IMG/VR virus record: IMGVR_UViG_3300032280_000786
Coordinates: 1 to 64,000 of that record
DNA from: a virus
Lineage: Duplodnaviria; Caudoviricetes
Strand: one strand, 5' to 3'
DNA length: 64,000 nucleotides
Shown here: positions 21,590 to 31,578 of the stretch, piece after piece
How the letters are laid out: every line of letters starts with the position of its first letter
Numbering within the stretch: the first letter of the stretch is position 1
Translations under genes and position numbers: made by a program
Notes under the pieces: model-generated
Database searches by the model: none
Told to the model about the DNA's origin: nothing
Seen by the model: only the letters and a program-made list of their open reading frames with translations

Positions 21590-22325
21590 AATCTAATTTA
21601 TCTTTTTTAATATCTCTGTTTATTTTACTACAAAGTGGTTGTAAGTTAGTATAGTGATTTAACTTAATTATATCTTCCTCTGTTGTTACACTTGATAATG
21701 GTATGATATGATCAATATCCCAACCATAATTTAATTCACCATTATATAATCCTTTATTCTCCCAATTCATCCAGTCTTTAAATTTAGATTCTAAATGAAG
21801 TTTGAACTCTTCGAATGAACATCCTAATATTTCATATGTTTTTGATTTTTTACTATACCCACTATTTTTAAATGATTTATGTATCATTAATCTAATATTA
21901 AAACTCAATCTAAATAAATCAGATGTCTCTTTTTTACTCTTAACATAAGTATATTGTTTCTTTATGATTGAATCTTTGTTGTCTAAGTAGTAATTTTTAT
22001 TTTTTAAATCAATTTTTTCTTTATTTAAAGAATAATATTCCTTTCTATATTCTATAAGTTTTTCCTTATTATTATCATTATAATCTTTAGATCTTTTATT
22101 TGTGATTTCTTTGTTTTTATTATTATAAGTTTTATTTCTATTATCTATATATTCTTTGTTTTTTAAATAATATTCTTTTTTTTGTATAGATATTCTTTCT
22201 TTATTTTCTATTGAAAATTTTTTACAACATTCCTTACAAGATGACCTAGATCCATCTTTAGAGTTGGAACATTTATGAAAATCACTAAGTTCTTTTGAAA
22301 CTTTACATTTTGAACACACTTTCAT
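21576..22325 (-). CDS. HNH-family homing endonuclease
   Basis: CxxC ribbon; WDIDHIIPLS...NHYTNLQPLCSKINRDIKK; paralogue of 11915..12553. Confidence 0.85.
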   Translation of the reverse strand: MKVCSKCKVSKELSDFHKCSNSKDGSRSSCKECCKKFSIENKERISIQKKEYYLKNKEYIDNRNKTYNNKNKEITNKRSKDYNDNNKEKLIEYRKEYYSLNKEKIDLKNKNYYLDNKDSIIKKQYTYVKSKKETSDLFRLSFNIRLMIHKSFKNSGYSKKSKTYEILGCSFEEFKLHLESKFKDWMNWENKGLYNGELNYGWDIDHIIPLSSVTTEEDIIKLNHYTNLQPLCSKINRDIKKDKLDYEMA

Positions 22326-22381
22326 TTATTCGTGTTAATTTTTTTATATATATATTAAAATTTATTATTCAAAAAAAATAA

Positions 22382-22756
22382 ATGAAACATTTAAAAAATT
22401 ATATAAAGAAATCAAAAGTTACAGACGGAACTTTTTATCATGGATCATATTTTTTAACTAGAGATGCTAAAGATCTAAATTTACCTTTATGGATTACGAA
22501 ATCCAAATTAAATGCCATTCATTTTTCTGTATCAATGAAATATGATGAAGTTACTAAAAAGAATAAGTTTGTTGGACAACAATCGGATGTTATTGGATAT
22601 GTTTATACATTAGAAATTTCTAATGCAGATATTGATGAGATGAAGTTTAATGAATTTGTTTTGAATTCTGGTGACATTATTATAAGTAAGATAGAAGAAG
22701 TTAAAGTATCTGGAAACTCATTTGTTAAGTTGCCAAAAATTGTAAGAGAAATATAA
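22382..22756 (+). CDS. Putative ADP-ribosyltransferase-fold protein
   Basis: FYHGS ... LWITKSKLNAIHFS ... GYVYTLEI ... EFVL order matches the ART H-(Y/S)-E core. Confidence 0.5.
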   Translation: MKHLKNYIKKSKVTDGTFYHGSYFLTRDAKDLNLPLWITKSKLNAIHFSVSMKYDEVTKKNKFVGQQSDVIGYVYTLEISNADIDEMKFNEFVLNSGDIIISKIEEVKVSGNSFVKLPKIVREI

Positions 22757-22757
22757 T

Positions 22758-23393
22758 ATGAAATACTTAAAAAAATACACAACATACAAAGAATCTATTA
22801 TGGTAGATTTAATGTTTCAAAATATGGTTGAACTATTAGAATCATTAACAATTTGGCATGATGCACTTCTTAGTTCAATTGCTGCTGAAGAAGTTGATAT
22901 ATATGAAACTTTTAATTTACCAGTAGAAGAATATAAAGATAAATTAGATTTAGACTTTTTAGAAGATCACGTTGAGTTTATTAACTCTTTATCTTCAATT
23001 GCACTGAAGAAATCAGTTTTGCAACATTCAGATGATTACTCCACCTTCATAAATAAACCTTGTAAGTTTATGTTTATTTATGGTATCAATAGAAATGAAT
23101 TAGAAAACCCAGAGTATTTATTATTTCAATCTTGGCAAGAAACTTTAGAGAAGTGGGATGACGTAAAGCTTTATAAGGTAAATGATGATGTTAAGAAGTT
23201 TTATGATAAGTTATCTTCAAGAACTATTGAGTTAATAGATAGTGATGAAAATTTTATCTATGTTACTGCGAATGGAAATGAGTGGGTATTACAAAATGTT
23301 GAAAAAGAAAATGACATTTATAAAAGAGTATTTAGAAAAGAAGAGTTACAAGATTTCTTAGCGGAAAGAAACATAAAAGTAAATATATTATAA
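22758..23393 (+). CDS. Hypothetical protein with capsid-targeting-like N-terminus
   Basis: MKYLKKYTTYKE; 211 aa. Confidence 0.75.
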   Translation: MKYLKKYTTYKESIMVDLMFQNMVELLESLTIWHDALLSSIAAEEVDIYETFNLPVEEYKDKLDLDFLEDHVEFINSLSSIALKKSVLQHSDDYSTFINKPCKFMFIYGINRNELENPEYLLFQSWQETLEKWDDVKLYKVNDDVKKFYDKLSSRTIELIDSDENFIYVTANGNEWVLQNVEKENDIYKRVFRKEELQDFLAERNIKVNIL

Positions 23394-23394
23394 T

Positions 23395-26300
23395 ATGGCA
23401 TTAATTAGTTTCGGATATAGAGTAGATATGTTTGCAATTGATCCACCTTTAGAGGTTGGTGCTTATATTGTTGCATATGATTTAGATGGTGTTTTAAAAC
23501 AAAAAGATCATTTAGGTGTTGTTACCTTAGTTGGTTCTGGTGCAGGTGGTCCACAAGGTCCTCCAGGTCCTGTGGGTCCAGCTGGTTTAACTTGGTCAGG
23601 TGCTTGGGTAGCAACTCAAAGTTATCCTCTAAACTATGCAGTAGGATATGCTTCGGCTTCTTGGTGGTGTATATCTCCAATTACTGGATCACCAAGTAAT
23701 CCTGGTCCTGATGTCGATACTACACATTGGGCTTTATTGGCGGCACAAGGTTCTCCAGGTTCACAAGGTGGTACTGGTTCACAAGGTCTTCAAGGTTCTC
23801 AAGGTCCTATTGGAATAAATTGGATAGGTGATTGGATAATAAATGTTTATGATGTTCGTGATGCTGTTTATTATAATGGTTCTTCTTATGTTTGTATAGC
23901 TAATACGGTTGGTACAGAAACATTATCACCTGATACTAATACAGCTTGTTGGGATATAATTTCATTAAAAGGTGATGTTGGACCACAGGGTGCTACAGGA
24001 ACACCGGGAGTTTCAGGTGCGACTGGTTCTACTTTACAAGATATATTTTATAATATAGGTGGTACGGTATCTGCAACTAATTCAACAACTGCAATTTATA
24101 GAACTGGTTCAATAAATATAGGAACAGGAACTGCCAGTAATAGTAGATTTGTTGTTTCATCTTCTGGTGGTACAAATTCATTAGTTGTTGATGAGAGTGG
24201 TAATATTTATAATGGTGATTTAACTAGTTTAAAGCTTGGTTATAATAGCCTAACTAATCTAGGTGGATTTGTTCCAAATCTATCATTTTTTTATGACCTT
24301 GATAATGGTTCTGGATATACTGATGGTACTTATAGTGTTACAACATCCCTATATAGTGGTTCACCATTAACAGAATATCCTGTTATATTTGTGGATGTTT
24401 CTGGTGGTTTTGCTATTATACAAGAAGTATTATCAATTGGTTCTGGTTGGGTTGATGATGGTTATTCAACAATACTGACTGCTACTATACCAGGTGGATC
24501 TGGTTATCAAGTTCAGATTATAATTTATCTTACAGATACTACTAATCAATATAATACTGCAATTGGTAACAATTCATTATATTCAAATACAACTGGTGCT
24601 TATAATACTTCAATTGGTTACAATTCATTATATTCAAATAAAGATGGTACTTTTAATACTACTCTCGGGCCTCAGTCATTATATTCAAATACAACTGGTG
24701 CTAATAATATAGCAATTAGTTATCAATCATTGTATTCAAATACAACTGGGATTTCTAATATTGCTCTTGGTGCGCAATCATTATATTCAAATACAACTGG
24801 TGCTAATAATACTGCAATTGGTATGTATTCAGCACATCATACGACTGGTTCTTATAATACGGTAATTGGTTATCAATCATTGTTTAATAACATTATGGGT
24901 GATTATAATATTGCAATTGGTGAATCTGCTTGTGTACTAACAACTAGTCTTGGAACTAATACTGCAACAAGTTCATATAATTCTATTTTTATAGGTTCTA
25001 ATACAAAACCTCAATTAAGTAATCAAACTAATCAAATAGTTATTGGGCATGGTGCAACTGGTAATGGTTCAAACTCAGTTACTTTAGGTAATAATGATAT
25101 AATTAAAACAATACTTAAAGGTAATATTGGTATTGGTACAGAATCTCCTTCTACAAAACTTCATGTTTACTCAACTCAATCAGGTGCTTTTAGGTTGGAA
25201 GATGGTACACAAGGTCCTGGTAAAATTCTTATATCAAATGCAAATGGTGTTGCTTCTTGGACTTCATCAGTATCAGTTTCTATATTTTATAATTTAGGAG
25301 GTACAGTATCTGCAACTAATTCAACATCTGCAATTTACAGAACTGGTTCATTAAATATTGGAACAGGTAGTGTATCTACTTATACTTATGGTCCATTGTC
25401 AGTACCTGTTGATGGTAGATTTACTGTTTCATCTTCTACAGGTACTGTATCATTAGTTGTTGATGAGAGTGGAAATATTTTTAACGATAGTATTAATGGT
25501 AATACTAAGTTTGGTTTTCAGGCATTAAATTCTGCAACAAGTAGTTTAATACCATTTGGTGGTCAAGGATGTGTAGCAATAGGTACTAGGGCATTATATT
25601 CATGTACAAGTGGTATTCTTAATACGGCAGTTGGATATGGTGCATTATATTATAATACAACTGCTAGTGGTAATGTGTCGGTTGGTGCGCTGTCATTACA
25701 CAATAACACAACTGGATATAATAATGTAGCAGTTGGTAATAATGCATTAATTTTTAACACAACTGGATATCTAAATACTGCAATTGGAAATTATGCATTA
25801 GGAAAGAATACAACTGGATATTATAATATATCACTTGGTGTACAATCAGGTACTATTATATCAGGAACAGGAGATATAAATACAGGAACTGGTGCAGCAA
25901 ACTCAAATAGTTCTATTTTTATAGGTTATTTTACATGTCCTTCTGCAGCAAGTAATACAAATGAAATAGTTATCGGACATGGTGCAACTGGTAATGGTTC
26001 AAATACTGTTACACTTGGTAATAACTTTGTAACTAGAACATATTTAAAAGGGAGTGTTGTAATAGCAGATGGTACACAAGGAAATGGATATATTCTTACA
26101 TCAGATGCAAATGGTGTTGCTACTTGGACCACATCAATTTATGCAACGGATTCAAATGTAGTTCATAAGACTGGGAATGAAAATATTGATGGAATTAAAA
26201 CATTTACAGGATCTGCTACTACTAAAATTATACTTGATACTGGAAATGGACAAGGAATTTTTGGAGGTGTTGGAGCTTTAAGTAGTGGTACTAATTTTTA

Positions 26301-28842
26301 TTCTCAAAATCAAGGAACTGGTATAGGTGCATATTTTGATACTTCTTCTACAGGTAGAGCAGTATGGATAGCTTCTGGTGCATCTAGTAGTGGTAGAGTA
26401 TTAGATATAACAGCAGGTGGTTCAGGTGATGCAGTATCTATAGCATCTTCTGGATCAGCTAGATTAATTGTTGGTATGAGTGGATCTAATGTAAATTTTA
26501 CTCTTAATAAGGTAGGAGAAATTTATACTGCGGGTTCAATAAATATAGGAACAGGAACTGCCAGTAATAGTAGATTTGTAGTTTCATCATCAGGTGGTAC
26601 TACTTCATTCCATGTAAATGAAGCTGGAGATTCTGTTTTTAGAGGTGATACAAAAATAATAGGTGCAACATTTTCTCCTACCGTTCCGTTACCACCTGGT
26701 TCTATTACTTTTGGAAGTAAAACTGCTATATATCCACCTGGTGACAATGAAATTGTTATAGGTACAGATACATTGTTTAGATATGGATGGAAATTTACAG
26801 GTTATCAAATAACAAACTTATGGGGAAATACAATAGAGTTTCAAAATATAATGGGTACTATTGGTAATTTATTTGTTGGTTCAACTTACCAATTTGCAGG
26901 ATATAATGTATTTTCTCCAAGTCAACGAAGTACATTATTTGTTAAAGGTACTACAGCAAGTATTATGAGAGTTGTTGGTATAGGTGCAACTTGGAGTAAT
27001 AGTCAAAGTATATTTGAAATTAATAATAATGGTGCTGTTAGTATAGGTACATCACTATCAATGAGTGGTACTGAGTTATTTATACAATCAAATACTGCAT
27101 CAACTACAATAGGTAGTAATGTTATGTTAGACTTATATAATGGACAATTAACTGGAACACCTGGGCAGGTTAGTGAATTAGCATTTTCAGCAGATACATC
27201 AGGTGGTGGTGTAAATGCTTATAATACTCAACATAGATATGCAATTATATCTGGTTATGCAACTACTTGGAATGGTATAGTTACTGGTGGTGGAATTAAA
27301 TTTTCAACAAGAGCAACTACTAGTTCAAGTTTAGTTACTTCATTAGTAGTTGATCAAAATGGTAGCGTTTATAATGAGGCTAGAGGTTCAAGTAATACTA
27401 TATATGGTTATCAAGCATTATTAAATGGAACTGCATCATTAAATAATACTGCAATTGGTTATCAAGCATTATTAACTACAACCGCATCATTATATAATAC
27501 TGCAATTGGTTATCGATCATTGTATTCAAATACAACAGGTGATAATAATACTGCACTTGGTTATCAATCATTGTATTCAAATACAACAGGTTTTAATAAT
27601 ACTACACTTGGATTTCAATCATTGCGTAATAATACAACTGGTACTAATAGTGTGGCAATAGGTTATCAAGCATTATATAATAATACAACTGGTTATGATA
27701 ATGTGGCAATAGGTTATAGAGCTCTATATTTTAATGAAGAAGATAATTTTGCTAGACCAGGTAGATTTAATGTGGCAATAGGTTCAAGTGCCTTATATAT
27801 AAATGAGAGTGGTAAATATAATGTGGCAATAGGTCATCAAGCATTATATTCAAATGAAGTGGATAATAATGTGGCACTTGGTTATCAATCATTATATACA
27901 AATTATAATGGAGATAATAATACTGCAGTTGGTAGTCAAGCATTATATTCAAGCTATAGTGGTAGTCAAAATACAGCAATTGGTAGAATTTCTTTATGGT
28001 CTAATACAACTGGTAGTGGTAATACTGCAGTTGGTCATCAAGCATTATGGTCTAATACAACTGGTGGTCAGAATGTTGGTTTAGGTGCGGGTGCATTAAA
28101 TGTTAATACAACTGGTACTTATAATACTGCACTTGGTTATGGTGCATTACAAGCAAATATTTCGGGATCTTATAATATTGCAATCGGTAATCAAGCAGGT
28201 TATTTCAGTACAACTGGAGTGTTGGCAACAAGTTCAAACAATTCTATTTTTATAGGTTATGATACAAAACCACAACTAAGTAATCAAACTAATCAAGTCG
28301 TTATTGGACATGGTGCCACTGGTAATGGTTCTAATTCTTTTACTTTAGGTAATGATAGTATAACTAAAACAATTGTTAAAGGTAATGTTGGAATTGGTTT
28401 AACTGGACCATCTACTAAACTACATATTTATGCAACACAATCAGGTGCTCTTAGATTAGCAGATGGAACACAAGGAAATGGATATATTCTTACATCTGAT
28501 ACTAATGGTGTTGCTTCTTGGACTGCATCATTTGCATTAGGTGTAATAGCAACATCATCAAATATAACAACTGACACATTAGATATAAATGGACTAAGCC
28601 AACGAGGTAGATGTATTATTATAGATAATGGAACATATAGTATCAATTTAACCGTGAATGGTGCTACAGGTTTCAGTTCAACATATTTAAAACATGGTAC
28701 AGCAAGTGTTACGTTTGTACAAGGTTCAGGTAGAACATTAGTTCAAGTTGATGGTACGGCAGTACTAAATGGTGTAGCTGGTTCTACTGCAACTTTATTG
28801 AGTTATGGTACAACTGATTATTTAAGAATAAATAATGCTTAA
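23395..28842 (+). CDS. Long tail fibre/adhesin (1815 aa) with collagen segments and beta-roll repeats
   Basis: GPQGPPGP segments; arrays of NTAIGYQSLYSNTTG-type repeats; internally repeated neck modules. Confidence 0.85.
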   Translation: MALISFGYRVDMFAIDPPLEVGAYIVAYDLDGVLKQKDHLGVVTLVGSGAGGPQGPPGPVGPAGLTWSGAWVATQSYPLNYAVGYASASWWCISPITGSPSNPGPDVDTTHWALLAAQGSPGSQGGTGSQGLQGSQGPIGINWIGDWIINVYDVRDAVYYNGSSYVCIANTVGTETLSPDTNTACWDIISLKGDVGPQGATGTPGVSGATGSTLQDIFYNIGGTVSATNSTTAIYRTGSINIGTGTASNSRFVVSSSGGTNSLVVDESGNIYNGDLTSLKLGYNSLTNLGGFVPNLSFFYDLDNGSGYTDGTYSVTTSLYSGSPLTEYPVIFVDVSGGFAIIQEVLSIGSGWVDDGYSTILTATIPGGSGYQVQIIIYLTDTTNQYNTAIGNNSLYSNTTGAYNTSIGYNSLYSNKDGTFNTTLGPQSLYSNTTGANNIAISYQSLYSNTTGISNIALGAQSLYSNTTGANNTAIGMYSAHHTTGSYNTVIGYQSLFNNIMGDYNIAIGESACVLTTSLGTNTATSSYNSIFIGSNTKPQLSNQTNQIVIGHGATGNGSNSVTLGNNDIIKTILKGNIGIGTESPSTKLHVYSTQSGAFRLEDGTQGPGKILISNANGVASWTSSVSVSIFYNLGGTVSATNSTSAIYRTGSLNIGTGSVSTYTYGPLSVPVDGRFTVSSSTGTVSLVVDESGNIFNDSINGNTKFGFQALNSATSSLIPFGGQGCVAIGTRALYSCTSGILNTAVGYGALYYNTTASGNVSVGALSLHNNTTGYNNVAVGNNALIFNTTGYLNTAIGNYALGKNTTGYYNISLGVQSGTIISGTGDINTGTGAANSNSSIFIGYFTCPSAASNTNEIVIGHGATGNGSNTVTLGNNFVTRTYLKGSVVIADGTQGNGYILTSDANGVATWTTSIYATDSNVVHKTGNENIDGIKTFTGSATTKIILDTGNGQGIFGGVGALSSGTNFYSQNQGTGIGAYFDTSSTGRAVWIASGASSSGRVLDITAGGSGDAVSIASSGSARLIVGMSGSNVNFTLNKVGEIYTAGSINIGTGTASNSRFVVSSSGGTTSFHVNEAGDSVFRGDTKIIGATFSPTVPLPPGSITFGSKTAIYPPGDNEIVIGTDTLFRYGWKFTGYQITNLWGNTIEFQNIMGTIGNLFVGSTYQFAGYNVFSPSQRSTLFVKGTTASIMRVVGIGATWSNSQSIFEINNNGAVSIGTSLSMSGTELFIQSNTASTTIGSNVMLDLYNGQLTGTPGQVSELAFSADTSGGGVNAYNTQHRYAIISGYATTWNGIVTGGGIKFSTRATTSSSLVTSLVVDQNGSVYNEARGSSNTIYGYQALLNGTASLNNTAIGYQALLTTTASLYNTAIGYRSLYSNTTGDNNTALGYQSLYSNTTGFNNTTLGFQSLRNNTTGTNSVAIGYQALYNNTTGYDNVAIGYRALYFNEEDNFARPGRFNVAIGSSALYINESGKYNVAIGHQALYSNEVDNNVALGYQSLYTNYNGDNNTAVGSQALYSSYSGSQNTAIGRISLWSNTTGSGNTAVGHQALWSNTTGGQNVGLGAGALNVNTTGTYNTALGYGALQANISGSYNIAIGNQAGYFSTTGVLATSSNNSIFIGYDTKPQLSNQTNQVVIGHGATGNGSNSFTLGNDSITKTIVKGNVGIGLTGPSTKLHIYATQSGALRLADGTQGNGYILTSDTNGVASWTASFALGVIATSSNITTDTLDINGLSQRGRCIIIDNGTYSINLTVNGATGFSSTYLKHGTASVTFVQGSGRTLVQVDGTAVLNGVAGSTATLLSYGTTDYLRINNA
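27390..28200 (+). repeat. Tandem 14-15-aa coding repeats (NTAIGYQAL/SLYSNTTG)
   Basis: More than 15 units visible in DNA (aatactgca[ac]ttggttatcaa..attatattcaaatacaac); shorter arrays at about 24550-24920 and 25560-25850. Confidence 0.85.
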
Positions 28843-28844
28843 TT

Positions 28845-29627
28845 ATGTTTAATAATATATATTACGAGTTTGGTGCAATTATTAATTATGAGCCTGAGTA
28901 TGAGGCCATATTACAATATGCTATAAGTAATGGTTATACTACACCGAAAAGAAATCAAAATTTCTTAAATAATAAGAAGATTAAACAATTGAAGTCTGAA
29001 GGTATTTTTACTGAATTAGATATATTATATAATTTCAAACAACAATCTGGATTAGAAGACTTTTGTAAAATAAATTGGGTAAATCCAGGTGTTTATAATG
29101 CAACACAAAGTACTTTACTTATGCCTACTTTTGAACCAGATAAAGGATTTAAAGGTACAAACTCAACTTATTTTTTTACAAATTATATTCCATCAGTAAA
29201 TGCAAGTAATGCACTAATAGATGATATGGGTATTTTCTTTAAAACATATGATGAAGTATTAGGTGTTGTTGCGGGAACTAGAAATGGTTCAGGAAATAAC
29301 TTTAATTTTAGAAAAAACAATGGGACAGGCCTTTTAGATAGTGCAAACTTGTGTGGTTCATCAGGTAGTGGTTTAATTGTATTTGATAATAATTCACATA
29401 TTGTACACTCTAAAAATGGACTTACTCATAGTTATTATGTAAATGGAACATTTAGTACATCTACTACATATGCATCAACAACATTAAGTTCAGTGCAATT
29501 AACACTTTTTGCTTGGAATTTAAGTGGTACACCCGGACAATTTTTTACAGGAGGTATAGAATACTTTGCATTAGGTAGTTCCTATTTAGGCACAAAGGCT
29601 GCAGTTTTAAAAACTATATTTGAATAA
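28845..29627 (+). CDS. Putative tail-fibre-associated beta-sandwich protein
   Basis: Directly follows the fibre gene; G/S/T/N-rich. Confidence 0.55.
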   Translation: MFNNIYYEFGAIINYEPEYEAILQYAISNGYTTPKRNQNFLNNKKIKQLKSEGIFTELDILYNFKQQSGLEDFCKINWVNPGVYNATQSTLLMPTFEPDKGFKGTNSTYFFTNYIPSVNASNALIDDMGIFFKTYDEVLGVVAGTRNGSGNNFNFRKNNGTGLLDSANLCGSSGSGLIVFDNNSHIVHSKNGLTHSYYVNGTFSTSTTYASTTLSSVQLTLFAWNLSGTPGQFFTGGIEYFALGSSYLGTKAAVLKTIFE

Positions 29628-30242
29628 TTATTGTAATCTTAATTTAATAAAATTAAGAAGCATTTCAGTTTTCTCTTTTTCACCTTTAGTATTGATCCAT
29701 TGCCAAGTAAATGTACTCTCTAAGAATTGTATTCTTCTTTTAAGATCTTCAATCTTGGATTCAATTATTTGATTGTCATCGTCATCTAAGTCATAGTCGA
29801 TTTCTAATTCAGTACAAACTTTGTAGATACCAATCTTATCATTATTATCATAATACTTTGTTGCCATTAAGTATAAATCATTTAAACTTTTCATACTAAC
29901 TTTATCTGGATGTGTTAGCTTAACAATCTCACGATAAAGTTTTTTAACTTTAGGTAGTTTAGGGTCTTCGTAAGTAATCACTTGATCCATCTCTAGTTCT
30001 TCTTCTTCAAATAATTCAATAACTTCTTCAGTATTTCTAAGAATACTTTGTTGAATATGATTATCTATCTTTTCATCATATATTTCTTTAAGTTGTGGAT
30101 GTTCTTCTAAGAAGTTGTTTACTTGTGTAATAAAATCGGAATCAGCCTCACTGATTATTTCGTTTCGATACTCAAAATCAGATTCTATATAGTCTAATTC
30201 TTTAAATAACTTTTTAGTTTGTAAGTATTGTAAACGATTCAT
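29628..30242 (-). CDS. J-domain (DnaJ-like) protein
   Basis: VKKLYREIVKLTHPDK...LNDLY: J-domain helix II, HPD, helix III. Confidence 0.75.
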   Translation of the reverse strand: MNRLQYLQTKKLFKELDYIESDFEYRNEIISEADSDFITQVNNFLEEHPQLKEIYDEKIDNHIQQSILRNTEEVIELFEEEELEMDQVITYEDPKLPKVKKLYREIVKLTHPDKVSMKSLNDLYLMATKYYDNNDKIGIYKVCTELEIDYDLDDDDNQIIESKIEDLKRRIQFLESTFTWQWINTKGEKEKTEMLLNFIKLRLQ

Positions 30243-30295
30243 AAACTATATATTCTAAAGTTATCTTTTGATTTGAAAATATTTATATATAGTTT

Positions 30296-30784
30296 ATGGA
30301 AAATTTATCTTTAATAGAATTGTACCAAATTAAAAGTCGTTTGATTAAAGAATCAATGATTGAGGAACCATTATGGTTTGAAGTTTTAGAATCAATTAAA
30401 TCAATTGAAGATAAAATATTTGAATCTACATCCGCAACGGGTGGTCCCGTTGTTGGTGGAGGCGGTGGAATGACTGGTAACCCAGTTGATTTAGGTAGAA
30501 CTCCACTTGGTCCTAAATGGGCTTCTGGTGGTGGAGATGATAAAAGTTATATTAATGCACCTTATAACCCAGGTGGTGCTGACAGAATGATGCAAAGAAT
30601 TCCTGTGATGAGTAAAGACCACGGACCTAGAACCGGTAAAAAGTCAAGAGAGAAAAAACTTGACATTAAAGCTTTAAAACAAGCTTTGGCTAAGAGAAAG
30701 GATTTTCAAAGACAAGAAGGCGAGAAAAAAGTTATGAACTTTGATAACTTCACTAAAGATGAAATAAATACTATTAAGAAGTAA
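30296..30784 (+). CDS. Hypothetical protein (Gly-rich middle)
   Basis: 162 aa, preceded by ATATATAGTTTATG. Confidence 0.75.
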   Translation: MENLSLIELYQIKSRLIKESMIEEPLWFEVLESIKSIEDKIFESTSATGGPVVGGGGGMTGNPVDLGRTPLGPKWASGGGDDKSYINAPYNPGGADRMMQRIPVMSKDHGPRTGKKSREKKLDIKALKQALAKRKDFQRQEGEKKVMNFDNFTKDEINTIKK

Positions 30785-30951
30785 TGAAGTATATTAAGTT
30801 ATTTGAAGACATACATATACACGATAGATGGGAACAACAATCTATCGAAGAACAAGATATAGAAGAATTCGCAGAAACTTTATTTGTAAATCTATTAGAT
30901 GATGGATTCACGGTAGATACTGATCGCAGGAGGTTATATATGGAAATATAA
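30784..30951 (+). CDS. 55-aa acidic protein with capsid-targeting-like N-terminus
   Basis: Hand-found MKYIKLFEDIHIHDRWEQQ...; TAATG overlap with the previous gene. Confidence 0.7.
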   Translation: MKYIKLFEDIHIHDRWEQQSIEEQDIEEFAETLFVNLLDDGFTVDTDRRRLYMEI

Positions 30952-30998
30952 ACAAATTGCAAAATAATTTGTATAAATAAAAAAAATAATTCATAAGA

Positions 30999-31547
30999 AT
31001 GTTTAAAACAGAAAAAGTAATAATTATCGGCCCTTCGGGGTCGGGTTAAGGAAAAGATTATTTAATGAGAAAATTAGCAGAGAAAGGTATGAAACCTTGC
31101 TTAAAATGGACTACAAGACCTATAAGAAAATTTGAAAAACAAGGAGTAAATTATAATTTTGTAAATGAACAATTATTTTTACAAACAATAAATGAAGACA
31201 AGTTTTTATCTTGTCAAAAATTTGAAGTAACTCCTGAAAATTCAGAGCCTCAAACTTGGTACTACGGTATTACACTTGAAGAGTTTCACAATTCGGATAT
31301 TTTTATTATGACACCTGGTGAATTTAGAGATTTACCTGCAGAATTAAGAAAAGGTTGTTGTGTTGTTTATTTGAACATAGACAGAGAAACAAGAGAGAAA
31401 CGACTACATAATAGAAAAGATAAAAATGATTCAATACAACGAAGATTAGATGCAGATGAAGAAGATTTTAAACAAAGTTTTGATTATGATTTAGGAATAA
31501 CAGATCCAGACTTTGGAGCAGATGATGTTTATTCACTAATAGATTAA
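30999..31547 (+). CDS. gmk: Guanylate kinase-like protein interrupted by an in-frame TAA (31047-31049) inside Walker A
   Basis: MFKTEKVIIIGPSGSG*GKDYLMRK...TTRPIRKFEKQGVNYNF...YYG...RRLDAD; the ORF track shows only the P-loop-less part from 31065. Confidence 0.8.
31027..31044 (+). promoter_or_regulatory. 7-bp RNA hairpin with C(UUCG)G tetraloop before the in-frame stop
   Basis: UCGGCCC-UUCG-GGGUCGG, two G-U pairs; a GC island in an AT-rich genome. Confidence 0.75.
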
Positions 31548-31574
31548 AAAAAGAGAGCAATTGCTCTCTTTTTT
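31546..31574. terminator. Bidirectional intrinsic terminator
   Basis: AAAAAAAGAGAGC-AATT-GCTCTCTTTTTT. Confidence 0.85.
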
Positions 31575-31578
31575 ATTA

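Noticed and set aside
27390-28200. Regularly spaced repeats resembling a CRISPR array
   Set aside because: They are in-frame, degenerate 42-45-nt coding repeats inside the fibre ORF, with no unique spacers, leader or cas genes.
23395-28842. Diversity-generating retroelement targeting the fibre
   Set aside because: No reverse transcriptase is in the window, and differences between repeat copies are synonymous-type, not adenine-specific.
31040-31055. Group I intron or intein in the kinase P-loop
   Set aside because: The interruption is only 6 nt, far too short for a self-splicing element. It is kept as a bypass, scar or error candidate instead.
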